IMG/VR virus record: IMGVR_UViG_3300044464_000108
Coordinates: 10,405-74,404 of that record
DNA length: 64,000 nt
Source: a virus
Reading direction: 5' to 3' (one strand)
Part shown: positions 55,116-63,799 of the stretch, in pieces
How the letters are laid out: every line of letters starts with the position of its first letter
Numbering within the stretch: the stretch's first letter is position 1
The notes under the pieces: model-generated
What the model was told of the DNA's origin: nothing
The model's database searches: none
Seen by the model: the letters and a program-made list of their open reading frames with translations, nothing else
Made by a program: the position numbers and the translations under genes

Positions 55116-55730
55116 ATGCGACGGAGCGAAGCGGGTGGACGTAAAAAGCCGGACTTCTTAGGGAATCTCCGAATCCCTTCGGAAGATCGATCTTCCGAGG
55201 ATTCGACCGACCGGCCGGCTAGTTCGATTGAGGGGGCGGTGTTACGCGGCAAGCTCCGGGGGCTCGATCAGGTCGTCGAGCGAATCTTTGAGATCGGGGT
55301 CGACGAAAGCAAGTTTCTCGAGCTCAAGCGATGTTTGAAGTTTGGCAAGCCGGCATCACAGATGTCTTACGGCGAGCTCGTCGACGAGCTCGACTTAGGC
55401 GAGGATCGGGCGCGAGAAGCGCACGAACTGTTCATCAACGCGGAGTATGCGCTTCGGGCGTACGAAGCGGACTCAATGCCCGGGGACTCCGACATGCGAG
55501 AGCAGGCTCTCGCGGCGCTGACGAGCGAGAAGGAGTCCGGCGCACGGAAAAAGCAGATAGCGGAAGCGGACGTCGAAGCGAAGGTTTCGAGTCTCTTCCC
55601 CGACGAGTTCCGTTCCCGCGTGCACGAGCGCGCGAAGTTGAAGGGTGCCGTCAAACACTTGGAGCATCTTGCGGACCTTTGGAAACAACGGTGTCGCGAG
55701 CTCCAAACAATGGTCTCCGGTGCTCGTTAA
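55116..55730 (+). CDS. Coiled-coil hypothetical protein (possibly UvsY-like recombination mediator), containing palindrome copy 10
   Basis: SD GGGAGG; helical; lies between polymerase and SSB-like gene. Confidence 0.5.
   Translation: MRRSEAGGRKKPDFLGNLRIPSEDRSSEDSTDRPASSIEGAVLRGKLRGLDQVVERIFEIGVDESKFLELKRCLKFGKPASQMSYGELVDELDLGEDRAREAHELFINAEYALRAYEADSMPGDSDMREQALAALTSEKESGARKKQIAEADVEAKVSSLFPDEFRSRVHERAKLKGAVKHLEHLADLWKQRCRELQTMVSGAR
55179..55198 (+). repeat. 20-bp palindrome copy 10 (forward)
   Basis: atccct-TCGGAAGATCGATCTTCCGA-gg. Confidence 0.95.
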
Positions 55731-55775
55731 GACACGCGGCGACGATGAAACAATAGGGAACCAAAAAGGGATCAC

Positions 55776-57200
55776 ATGACAAAGAACAGGCATGCGCTCG
55801 GGATGACCGAGTTTCTCAACCACAAGGGCAGCGGTAAGGGCGGCGGACAGTATCTCGACAACTGGAAGGACAACAAACGGATCCTTGTCTACCTCCACAC
55901 GCAAAGCAGCTTCATCCCGTACTGGTTTCACGGATGGTCAAAGGTCATTCCTTTTGAGGATCGTGAGACGGGCTCGAAGGGTCTCAAGGTCATCCCGCAC
56001 AAGTTCGGTTGCCTTGAGAAGGAGTCGATCCTCAAGAAGCAAAGCTATCGCGACGATGACGATGCGCGCGAGCTACCGCCGGAAGTCTGCCCGATGTGCA
56101 TCTACATCGAGCACGTGCGCAAGCTTGTGCGGTCGAAGGCGATCAGTTGGGTTGACGAGGTTCTCAAGTTCGAAGGGGACGACCCCGAGAAGATGGTGGT
56201 CTGTCATGCCGGCGGCATTTACAAGCACTTCAGCAAAGACGACCTCGACAAGGCTGAGATTGCGGAGCTCCGACAGCATCACATCAACCGGAAGGATTCC
56301 TTCAAAGAGAACCTGTACGCGCGCATGAACTACGTTTTCGCAGTTGTGAACGCGGAAGCACCCGAAGGCGTACAGGTCGCGCAAGAAGCGCCGGCACTCG
56401 GGGACAAGTTGAAGTTTGCGATTCGAGACGAGATCGCAAAGCTCCGCTCGAAGCAAGATCCCGACGGCAGGGCAGGCAACCCGATGTTGAATCCCTACCC
56501 GTTCGAGTGGCTTTACGACGACTCGCAAAACTTCGACAAGAAGTACCACGTGCGCCGAGGTCCCATCCTTGAGCTCACGGATGACATCCGCGATCTGATC
56601 ACGGATGCCGAGCAGCTTCCCGACCTCGAAGCGGTAACAACGCAGGGCAACTGTGTGACGCTCCGCTCGGAGCTCGAGACCCATTCGACTCTTGATTTGC
56701 CTTGGGACGAGATCTTCGCGCCGGCAAAGAAAGCCGGGCTCATGAAGATGGCAGAGTCAGCCGAGAAGCACGACCGCGTGCCCGAGGTCGGGAAGTACTC
56801 CGAAGCGGATGCCGCGACCGAAGCTGCTGAAGCTGAAGCCAAAGCCGAAGAGGACGATGGGATCACGTGTGATCATTGTGATGCCCCAATGGCGGATGAT
56901 GATGTCGTGTGCGCGTCGTGCGGCGCGACGTACGAAGAGGTCAATGGTGTGCTCGCTCTCGGCACGCGGCCTTGTCTCAACCCCGAGTGTGACAAGCAAG
57001 TCGACGTTGCCGGAGCGGAAACGAAGGACGGCGCAGCGGTGTCGATCTGTGGGAAGTGCGCGACGATTCACGAAGTGCGCGACGGCGTGTGGGGCATCGT
57101 GAAGCCTGCAGCGAAACCGGCGGCAAAGCGTGCAGCGAAGGCAACCCCAAAGGTCGAGCCTGAGAAGAAGCCTGCCGCGAAGCGCACCCCAAAAGCCTAA
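55776..57200 (+). CDS. Putative single-stranded DNA-binding protein with C-terminal Zn ribbons and basic tail
   Basis: CPMCIY, YVFAVVN and GNPMLNPYPFEW..KKYHV fit a gp32-like pattern; located before RecA. Confidence 0.55.
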   Translation: MTKNRHALGMTEFLNHKGSGKGGGQYLDNWKDNKRILVYLHTQSSFIPYWFHGWSKVIPFEDRETGSKGLKVIPHKFGCLEKESILKKQSYRDDDDARELPPEVCPMCIYIEHVRKLVRSKAISWVDEVLKFEGDDPEKMVVCHAGGIYKHFSKDDLDKAEIAELRQHHINRKDSFKENLYARMNYVFAVVNAEAPEGVQVAQEAPALGDKLKFAIRDEIAKLRSKQDPDGRAGNPMLNPYPFEWLYDDSQNFDKKYHVRRGPILELTDDIRDLITDAEQLPDLEAVTTQGNCVTLRSELETHSTLDLPWDEIFAPAKKAGLMKMAESAEKHDRVPEVGKYSEADAATEAAEAEAKAEEDDGITCDHCDAPMADDDVVCASCGATYEEVNGVLALGTRPCLNPECDKQVDVAGAETKDGAAVSICGKCATIHEVRDGVWGIVKPAAKPAAKRAAKATPKVEPEKKPAAKRTPKA

Positions 57201-57276
57201 CGGGTTCGACGACCTTAGCCGTACGAACCCCGACGAAACGTGATCCGATACCTTTCTGATTGAGGAGAATCGAACG

Positions 57277-58479
57277 ATGGCAAGGCAGGCAATCAAAGCC
57301 GCCGACGTCCCCTCGTTCGCCGGGACTCGCGACCGACTGCGGCAGATGGCCGTAGTCGCGTCGCAGCTTGGCGGCATCGGGTGGGCATCTGCGACCGACG
57401 TACTTCATGCGGTGCGAGCTGTGCAAACACGGTTCATCCAGATCGACTTTGCGGCGCGCGTGGGAGGGTGGCCCATCGAGCGCGTTGCCGTGCTTCATGG
57501 TCCGAGCAATGAGGGCAAGACGGAGTTCGCCTTAGGCTTAGGTGCATCCTTTCTCGAGCGAGGACACTTCTTTGCTTTGATCGATGCCGAGTACACAACG
57601 CCGGCTCCGTGGCTTCGAACCATCATGGGGGGCTACGACAAGCATCCGGGCTTTCGTGCGCTTCGACCGACGAACTACGAAGAGGCGATCGATCTCGTTC
57701 GCAAGTTCTGCACCACGATCGCCGAAGCCAAGTTGAAGGGGAATCTTCAGCCCGATACCTCGGGTCTCATCGTCGTCGATTCGATTCAAAGGCTGCAACC
57801 GAAGCGCTTGCTTGATGCGATTCTGAAAGAGGGAGCCGAGGAGTCTGTCGAGGACACCGGCAAGAAGGGGCGCTTCGGCAAGAAGAAGAAGGGTGCAGGC
57901 GCCGACGGAATGCGAGGCCGGGGCGGTATGTACAAGGCGGCCGTCACGGGCGCTTGGCTCGGGGAGCTCGTCCCGCTCCTCGCGAAGTCAGGGTGCGCGG
58001 CGCTCATTATTACGCGCGAGACGGTCGAGATCGAAACGAGCTCGTTCGTTAAACAGATCATCACGATCGGAGGGGGCAAGGATCTTGTCTTCGATGCTTC
58101 GATCCTCGCGAGGATCCAGCGGGTCGGATGGGTGGCTGAGAAGGACTCGACGGTCTATGGCGAGCGACACATGGTCGAGATCAGGAAGACGAAAATCGGA
58201 CCGAAGGAAGCGAAGCATCCAGTCGGCTACTACCACACGAGCAACGGGGTGCTTGTGCCCGAGGGGTTTGATCGTGCGCGAGACGTGCTCGAGATGGCGA
58301 TCGATCATGGTCTCGTCGCTGTCGGGGGTGCCGGGCATTACTCGTGGGGGAAGGTGAAGCTAGGGCAGGGGGAACACAACGTCGTGCGCAAGCTGTACGA
58401 CGATCCGGAGCGACTCGACACGCTCGAGCTCGAAGTGCGTGAAGCGTTTAAGCCGAACCTCGTAGGGAAGGAGGTCTAG
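57277..58479 (+). CDS. recA: RecA/UvsX-like recombinase
   Basis: GGWPIERVAVLHGPSNEGKT, ALIDAEY, LIVVDSI, GGKDLVFDASILARI and KTKIGP. Confidence 0.9.
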   Translation: MARQAIKAADVPSFAGTRDRLRQMAVVASQLGGIGWASATDVLHAVRAVQTRFIQIDFAARVGGWPIERVAVLHGPSNEGKTEFALGLGASFLERGHFFALIDAEYTTPAPWLRTIMGGYDKHPGFRALRPTNYEEAIDLVRKFCTTIAEAKLKGNLQPDTSGLIVVDSIQRLQPKRLLDAILKEGAEESVEDTGKKGRFGKKKKGAGADGMRGRGGMYKAAVTGAWLGELVPLLAKSGCAALIITRETVEIETSSFVKQIITIGGGKDLVFDASILARIQRVGWVAEKDSTVYGERHMVEIRKTKIGPKEAKHPVGYYHTSNGVLVPEGFDRARDVLEMAIDHGLVAVGGAGHYSWGKVKLGQGEHNVVRKLYDDPERLDTLELEVREAFKPNLVGKEV

Positions 58480-58481
58480 CC

Positions 58482-58703
58482 GTGTGGCTCACGAAAGACG
58501 TGGAGCTTGCGCAGCGCTTCCTCGCGGCAAACAACACGCGGCTTGCTCTGTGTCAGCACAAGGGCGTGCCGGAACCCGAGCGATACCGGGCTGTCGAAGC
58601 TCACAACGCGGCGTGGGGCGCTCTGCTCGAGCTGCATCGGGGCTCGCGCGATGCATGCATCCGGTCGATCGAAGTGGCGATCTCGTCCGAAGCCGATGCT
58701 TGA
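58482..58703 (+). CDS. Small hypothetical protein
   Basis: SD GGAGG before GTG. Confidence 0.5.
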   Translation: MWLTKDVELAQRFLAANNTRLALCQHKGVPEPERYRAVEAHNAAWGALLELHRGSRDACIRSIEVAISSEADA

Positions 58704-58715
58704 AAGGGACGATCA

Positions 58716-59015
58716 ATGAATGATGAATCGAGGATGGGAGCACTGATCTTTTTCATGACGCTTGCTGTCTTTTGCGGGTGCCTCTTCATGGCGGCTCGAG
58801 CAAGCGAGGATGTTGAAAAGCCGGAGCGTGCACTCAAAGCCGCCGGTTATGCAGATATTGCGGTGAAGCCGGGATCCCTCGTCGGTGAGTGGGTCGGGTG
58901 TGCGAAGGAAGAGATCGCGTACGAAGCGACGGCAACCAACGTACGCGGCGAGCATGTGCCCTTGCTTGTATGTTGTGGAGCCTTCATCAAAGGTTGCACG
59001 GTGCGGTCGCGGTGA
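58716..59015 (+). CDS. Small membrane-anchored Cys protein
   Basis: N-terminal transmembrane helix; LKAAGYADI...GCAKEE...VCCG...CTVR. Confidence 0.6.
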   Translation: MNDESRMGALIFFMTLAVFCGCLFMAARASEDVEKPERALKAAGYADIAVKPGSLVGEWVGCAKEEIAYEATATNVRGEHVPLLVCCGAFIKGCTVRSR

Positions 59016-59040
59016 TGAGCCTTCGCGTCATCATCCCTGC

Positions 59041-59781
59041 ATGAAGCTACTAGTCACGAGTGATTGGCATCTTGATTGGGCAACGGCAGGCGTCGAGCGG
59101 TACAGCGACCTTACGATGCATGTCGAGCAAACGGTGCAGGTCGCCAAGGAAGAGAAGGTCGACCTTTACCTCTTCCTTGGCGACCTCACAGATCCCGAGC
59201 CGGTGCGCTCGCATCTATCAACGGCGTTCGTCGCATCGGTTGCGCAACGGCTCGCTTCGGCGGACATCATGAGCCGTTGGCTCGTCGGCAACCATGATGT
59301 GATCGAGGATGGTCACGGAGTCTCAACCCTCGGAGCCATCAAGGCGGCGGGCCCGTGGCGGCAGAAAGCCGAGATGGTGCGCGTATATTCGGCACCCACG
59401 CTCGAAGACTTCGACCATAACGTCTCTCTGCTTGCGCTTCCCTTCACACCGAGGTCGCACACCTACGACCCCGCGGAAGTCGTGAAAGCCTTCGCAAAGG
59501 ATATTGATCCTGCCGCGCACGTCATTGTCGCGGGGCACCTGAACATTGCCGGCATCGAACCGGGGTCGGAAACCGAGGACATGCCTCGCGGTCGCGACGT
59601 CATGTTTCCACTTGCCGCGTGCAAAGAGCTCTTCAAAGCGGAGCGCTCGACGCTCTTCAACGGGCATTACCATCGAGCCCAACTTTTCGAAGGGATCCAC
59701 ATCCCCGGCTCGCTTGACCGCCTGACCTTCGGCGAAGCGAAGAACGAGCCGGGCTTTCTCGTCGTCGAGGTGTTCGCGTGA
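59041..59781 (+). CDS. sbcD: SbcD/Mre11-like metallophosphoesterase (catalytic domain)
   Basis: SDWHL, GDLTD, VGNHD, AGH, NGHYH and PGSL..LTFGE motifs. Confidence 0.88.
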   Translation: MKLLVTSDWHLDWATAGVERYSDLTMHVEQTVQVAKEEKVDLYLFLGDLTDPEPVRSHLSTAFVASVAQRLASADIMSRWLVGNHDVIEDGHGVSTLGAIKAAGPWRQKAEMVRVYSAPTLEDFDHNVSLLALPFTPRSHTYDPAEVVKAFAKDIDPAAHVIVAGHLNIAGIEPGSETEDMPRGRDVMFPLAACKELFKAERSTLFNGHYHRAQLFEGIHIPGSLDRLTFGEAKNEPGFLVVEVFA

Positions 59782-60260
59782 AGCGCTCGCAAGTCAAAGT
59801 TCCAAGCGCTTACGACCGCGTGTGCATGCCAAAGGTTACCCATAAACCCGTGGCAGGACCCGGCGTGGTTGTTTACGAGCGCAATGGTATTCCGTGGGTC
59901 GCTCGACAAGTGCGCGAGTTCAAGACGAAGGCGAGCCCGATGCTCGACGTCACACTCGACGCGAAGGGGATGCATCCCTCGCGCATTCCCCCCGGTGCGT
60001 TCATCCGCTTGCGACCCGGCGTCGATGCCTCCGACGAGATGATTGCGGCGGCGGTGCAGAAGCTTCGAACGATCGCGAAGGCCGTGCGCGTGCTTCCGCG
60101 CGAAGCGGTGGATGCGTTGCTTCCGAAGCTCGAGCTCCCGACTGCAGTGAATCACACCGCTCGGCAGGTCGTGCTCGAGCTCGGGGAGGTTGCGAAGGTG
60201 ACCGACAAGGCAAAGCTCATTGAGCATCTATCTCAAGTGTGTGACGAGGTTGGACTATGA
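59778..60260 (+). CDS. Probable separate C-terminal (capping/Rad50-binding) part of SbcD
   Basis: GTGA and ATGA overlaps on both sides, between the sbcD catalytic domain and sbcC; alpha/beta then helical pattern. Confidence 0.5.
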   Translation: MKRSQVKVPSAYDRVCMPKVTHKPVAGPGVVVYERNGIPWVARQVREFKTKASPMLDVTLDAKGMHPSRIPPGAFIRLRPGVDASDEMIAAAVQKLRTIAKAVRVLPREAVDALLPKLELPTAVNHTARQVVLELGEVAKVTDKAKLIEHLSQVCDEVGL

Positions 60261-62212
60261 GGATCGCTCAATTGCAGTTGAACAACTGGATCCGCTTCAA
60301 GGGCCCGCATGACGTCCGATTCGAGAATGCGGTGCATGCTGTGGTCGCGAGCATGAAGGATGACCCCGAGCGATCAAACTGGATCGGCAAGTCGAGCTTC
60401 CTCGAAGCGTTTGCGTTCGTGCTCTATGGCTGGCATCGCTTCCGTACCGAGGACGAATGGATCACCCGAGGCGAGAGCGAAGGATCGGTTGGGGTGCTGC
60501 TCACCGATGGTACTTCGATCATGCGCGTCCGAAAGCGAGGGAAGAGCACGCAACTCATGGTGTCGTCCGGTGGTGATTCGAAGACAGCCGCGGGTGAAAC
60601 AGCACAGAAGCTCATCGTGGAAAAGCTTGGGCTTACGCAAGAGGACTTCTTTGCAACGTGCTTCTTTGAGCAAAAGAAGATGTCCGGCTTCATCACGGCG
60701 AAGCCTGCCGATCGCATGGCTTTGATCGCGGGATGGTTCGGGCTCGAGCGCCTGCAGAAGGCCGAAGAGGTCGAACGCGCAAAGCTCTCGGAGCTGACGA
60801 AGGCGGACGCGGCGTGCATGGCCCGACGTGGGCTCTTGCAGATGCACGCTGAAGAGCTCCGCTCAACTCACGAGCTCAAGGGCAGCACTGAGGCGGCCGT
60901 CGAGCAGGAACTTCTTGCTCGAGAGACGACCCTTGCAGCGAAGCGCGACACGGCGCGCGCGGAAGTCGAAGCCATGCGCTGCAAGGTGGCAGCGGTGGAA
61001 GCTGCAGCGAAGGTCGCCGCTCAGCGCGAATCGTACAATCGGAACAAGGCGGACCTCGACGCGCTCGACAAGAAGGTCAAGGGCTTGCCGAAGCCGACGC
61101 TTGCCGATCTCGAAGCCGCGCGAGCTCGCGCGAAGCAAGCTTCAGAGCAGAACTACCATGCGATCAAAGAGCTCGAGCTTGCCAAGCGGCTCGCATGCGG
61201 GCAGTTCGGGGGGCAATGCCCGGTCGATCAACAGCCTTGTCCGGTGGCGCTCGAGATCAATCAGCGCGGCGTCGAGAACAAGGAACGACAGCAGAAGATT
61301 GCGAAGGTCGCGAACGAAGTGAATGTCGACTTTCGAACGAAGGATCTCGAGCTCAAGCAACTCGAAGATGATGCACGGGCAGCCGATGCAATGCGCGCGC
61401 GGTACGACGCGAATAAGCAGTATCTCGCCATGCAAGCCAAGTTGCTCGAGCCTGAAGTGCACGTCGTGACGGATGCTCAAGCCGGTGATGTTTACGCTCT
61501 GCAGCGCGAAGCCGACGAAGCCGAGCAACTCCTTCGCAACGTCATCGCGACCCGCGCGACCCTTGCGAGGAATTGGAAGGAGCAAGAGAAGATCGCCGGC
61601 GATCGACACGAAGTTCTGAAAGCCATCGAGACGCATCGGGCAGCTCTTGCGATCTTCGGGCGCAACGGGGCGCAGCGGCGGATTGCAGAGCGCGCACTCG
61701 CCGACATCACGACCGATGCAAACCGCCGGCTTCGCGATGCGGGTATCGACCTCGAGGTTTCGATCACGTGGGCGCGCGAGACGAAGGGGCTCGCGACGGC
61801 GTGCGATGAATGCGGGGTAGCCTTCCCGTCGAGCACGAAGGTGCGGGAGTGCGAACGGTGCTCGGCTCCGAGGGGCCCGAAGCTCGACGAGCGGCTCGAT
61901 GTCGAGCTCAGCGATCGGAGCGGGGCAGCCGAGGATCTCGCGGGGGTGGCTCTCAACCTCGCGGCGGGGGCGTGGCTTCGTCGGACGCGTGGAAGCTCTT
62001 GGGGGGTGGCGTTCATCGACGAGCCCTTTGGCGCCCTCGATGCGGCGAACCGTCGAGCCTTCGCAACGCATCTCGCGACGATGCTCCGGGGCGACTACGG
62101 ATTCGAACAAGCCTTTGTCATCGCGCACGATGTCGGCGTCATGAATGCATTACCGGCACGCGTGCAGATCGTAGGGGACGCGGACAGCTCAAGAATCGAG
62201 GGGTATATATGA
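60257..62212 (+). CDS. sbcC: SbcC/Rad50-like ATPase
   Basis: SNWIGKSSFLEA, Q-loop FFEQ, coiled coil with CPVD hook, FIDEPFGALD and VIAH. Confidence 0.9.
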   Translation: MRIAQLQLNNWIRFKGPHDVRFENAVHAVVASMKDDPERSNWIGKSSFLEAFAFVLYGWHRFRTEDEWITRGESEGSVGVLLTDGTSIMRVRKRGKSTQLMVSSGGDSKTAAGETAQKLIVEKLGLTQEDFFATCFFEQKKMSGFITAKPADRMALIAGWFGLERLQKAEEVERAKLSELTKADAACMARRGLLQMHAEELRSTHELKGSTEAAVEQELLARETTLAAKRDTARAEVEAMRCKVAAVEAAAKVAAQRESYNRNKADLDALDKKVKGLPKPTLADLEAARARAKQASEQNYHAIKELELAKRLACGQFGGQCPVDQQPCPVALEINQRGVENKERQQKIAKVANEVNVDFRTKDLELKQLEDDARAADAMRARYDANKQYLAMQAKLLEPEVHVVTDAQAGDVYALQREADEAEQLLRNVIATRATLARNWKEQEKIAGDRHEVLKAIETHRAALAIFGRNGAQRRIAERALADITTDANRRLRDAGIDLEVSITWARETKGLATACDECGVAFPSSTKVRECERCSAPRGPKLDERLDVELSDRSGAAEDLAGVALNLAAGAWLRRTRGSSWGVAFIDEPFGALDAANRRAFATHLATMLRGDYGFEQAFVIAHDVGVMNALPARVQIVGDADSSRIEGYI

Positions 62213-62433
62213 GCCAGATCGTTCACATCCTTGCGGAAGAGTTGAGTCCGGAAGGCCGAATCGTGCACACGATGCGATGCGGCGCACAATGCATGTGCTT
62301 CCTCGATGGGACGACGATCCCTTCGATGGACTACTTCTTCGAACCCGACGGTTGGAAGTCGAATTGCGAAGCCTGCAGAGCGGCGCAAACAAGCAAGGAT
62401 CATCACATCGAACGAAGGATCGAGGTCCGATGA
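62209..62433 (+). CDS. Small Cys-containing hypothetical protein
   Basis: ATGA overlaps; RCG..C and CEAC motifs. Confidence 0.55.
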   Translation: MSQIVHILAEELSPEGRIVHTMRCGAQCMCFLDGTTIPSMDYFFEPDGWKSNCEACRAAQTSKDHHIERRIEVR

Positions 62434-62966
62434 CGCAAGCAAGGCCGAAGGGGAACGCGGGGGAGCGTGAGGTAGCACGCCTTCTCGCGTCATGGTGGGG
62501 AGCGCTCGAGCCCGGTGCCGAGTTCGTGCGCACGCCTTCAAGCGGTGGATGGTCGACCCCCATCATCCGCGCCGCGTTTAGCGCATCGGGCGACATCATG
62601 ACCACCGCTCAGCTCTTCCCCTTCGAAGTCGAGGTCAAGCGCCGGGAGAAGTGGACGCTCGAGAACTTGATCGAGGGCAAGCGCTCGCCGGTATGGTCAT
62701 GGTGGCGACAGACGCTCAAGGCTGCAGCCGAGGGATCACGCGAACCAATGTTGTGGTTTCGTCAATCGCGCAAGACGTGGCTTGTCATGTTGCGCGAGCA
62801 GCTTGCACCGTCGATCGGTGCTCTGTGCATATGGCATCAATGGCACGAGCCGTATGGGCTCGGAGTGGATGACGGTGGGGTTCGACCTTTGATCGTGCAT
62901 GCCCACGTTCTTTTGAAGCTCGAGCCTTCGTGCTTCGCCTTACGACGCATCAAGAAAACAGCATGA
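62430..62966 (+). CDS. Holliday junction resolvase-like PD-(D/E)XK nuclease
   Basis: KGNAGEREVA...SGDI...EVEVKRRE motifs. Confidence 0.8.
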   Translation: MTQARPKGNAGEREVARLLASWWGALEPGAEFVRTPSSGGWSTPIIRAAFSASGDIMTTAQLFPFEVEVKRREKWTLENLIEGKRSPVWSWWRQTLKAAAEGSREPMLWFRQSRKTWLVMLREQLAPSIGALCIWHQWHEPYGLGVDDGGVRPLIVHAHVLLKLEPSCFALRRIKKTA

Positions 62967-63799
62967 ACCACGACATTATCGCTCCGCAGCGTTGCAGCAC
63001 AGATCGCTACACGATGATTCACGGCGAGTGCATTGCGGAGCTCGTCAAGATGCGAGCGGCTTCGGTTGCTGCCGTGTTCGCCGACCCGCCGTATTCATCC
63101 GGCGGGCAGTACCGAGGGGACCGCAGCAAGCCCGTCACGACGAAGTACTTCAAGCATGGGGGCGAAGGGCCGAGCTTTACGGGGGACAACCGCGACCAAC
63201 GGTCCTTTCTCATGTGGGCCAAGCTTTGGCTCGAAGAATGTCTTCGGGTCTCGGAAGACGGAGCACCGATCGGGATCTTTGCGGACTGGCGGCAGGTGCC
63301 CATCATGACGGACGCGCTGCAGATCGCCGGGTGGATGTGGCGGGGGATCGTGCCGTGGGACAAAGAGAACGCGCGCCCGATGCCGGGACGCTTCTCGGCG
63401 CAATGCGAGTTTATCCTGTGGGGCTCGAAGGGGGCGATGCCGCTCCGTCACGAGCTCGGGTATCAGCCGGGGATCTTCCGCGGGAAGCTCTTACAGCAAG
63501 AGCGCTTTCACATCACGGGCAAGCCTTCGAGCCTCATGCAAGAGCTCGTCAAGGTTGTGCCGAAGGATGGCATCGTGCTCGACCCCTTCGCGGGCAGCGG
63601 GTCAACGGGTGTCGGAGCGCTTCGCGAGGGACGTCGCTTCCTCGGCATTGAGCTCGACGCCGAGTACTACGCGCGAGCGTGCGATCGGTTGAACCGGTGG
63701 AAGTGCGACGACGATCAATATCTCCGGCTCGTCAGCAAGCTGACGAAGAAGCCGCTCCAACTCGGAAGGAAGAAGACCCGTGAAACCCAAGAGTCCTAA
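62963..63799 (+). CDS. DNA amino-methyltransferase (N6A/N4C, beta class)
   Basis: FADPPY motif IV; HITGKP; VLDPFAGSGSTG...FLGIELD motif I. Confidence 0.92.
   Translation: MNHDIIAPQRCSTDRYTMIHGECIAELVKMRAASVAAVFADPPYSSGGQYRGDRSKPVTTKYFKHGGEGPSFTGDNRDQRSFLMWAKLWLEECLRVSEDGAPIGIFADWRQVPIMTDALQIAGWMWRGIVPWDKENARPMPGRFSAQCEFILWGSKGAMPLRHELGYQPGIFRGKLLQQERFHITGKPSSLMQELVKVVPKDGIVLDPFAGSGSTGVGALREGRRFLGIELDAEYYARACDRLNRWKCDDDQYLRLVSKLTKKPLQLGRKKTRETQES

Noticed and set aside
6015-55198. Palindromic repeats as a CRISPR array
   Set aside because: Copies are kilobases apart rather than separated by 30-40 nt spacers, and no cas genes are present.
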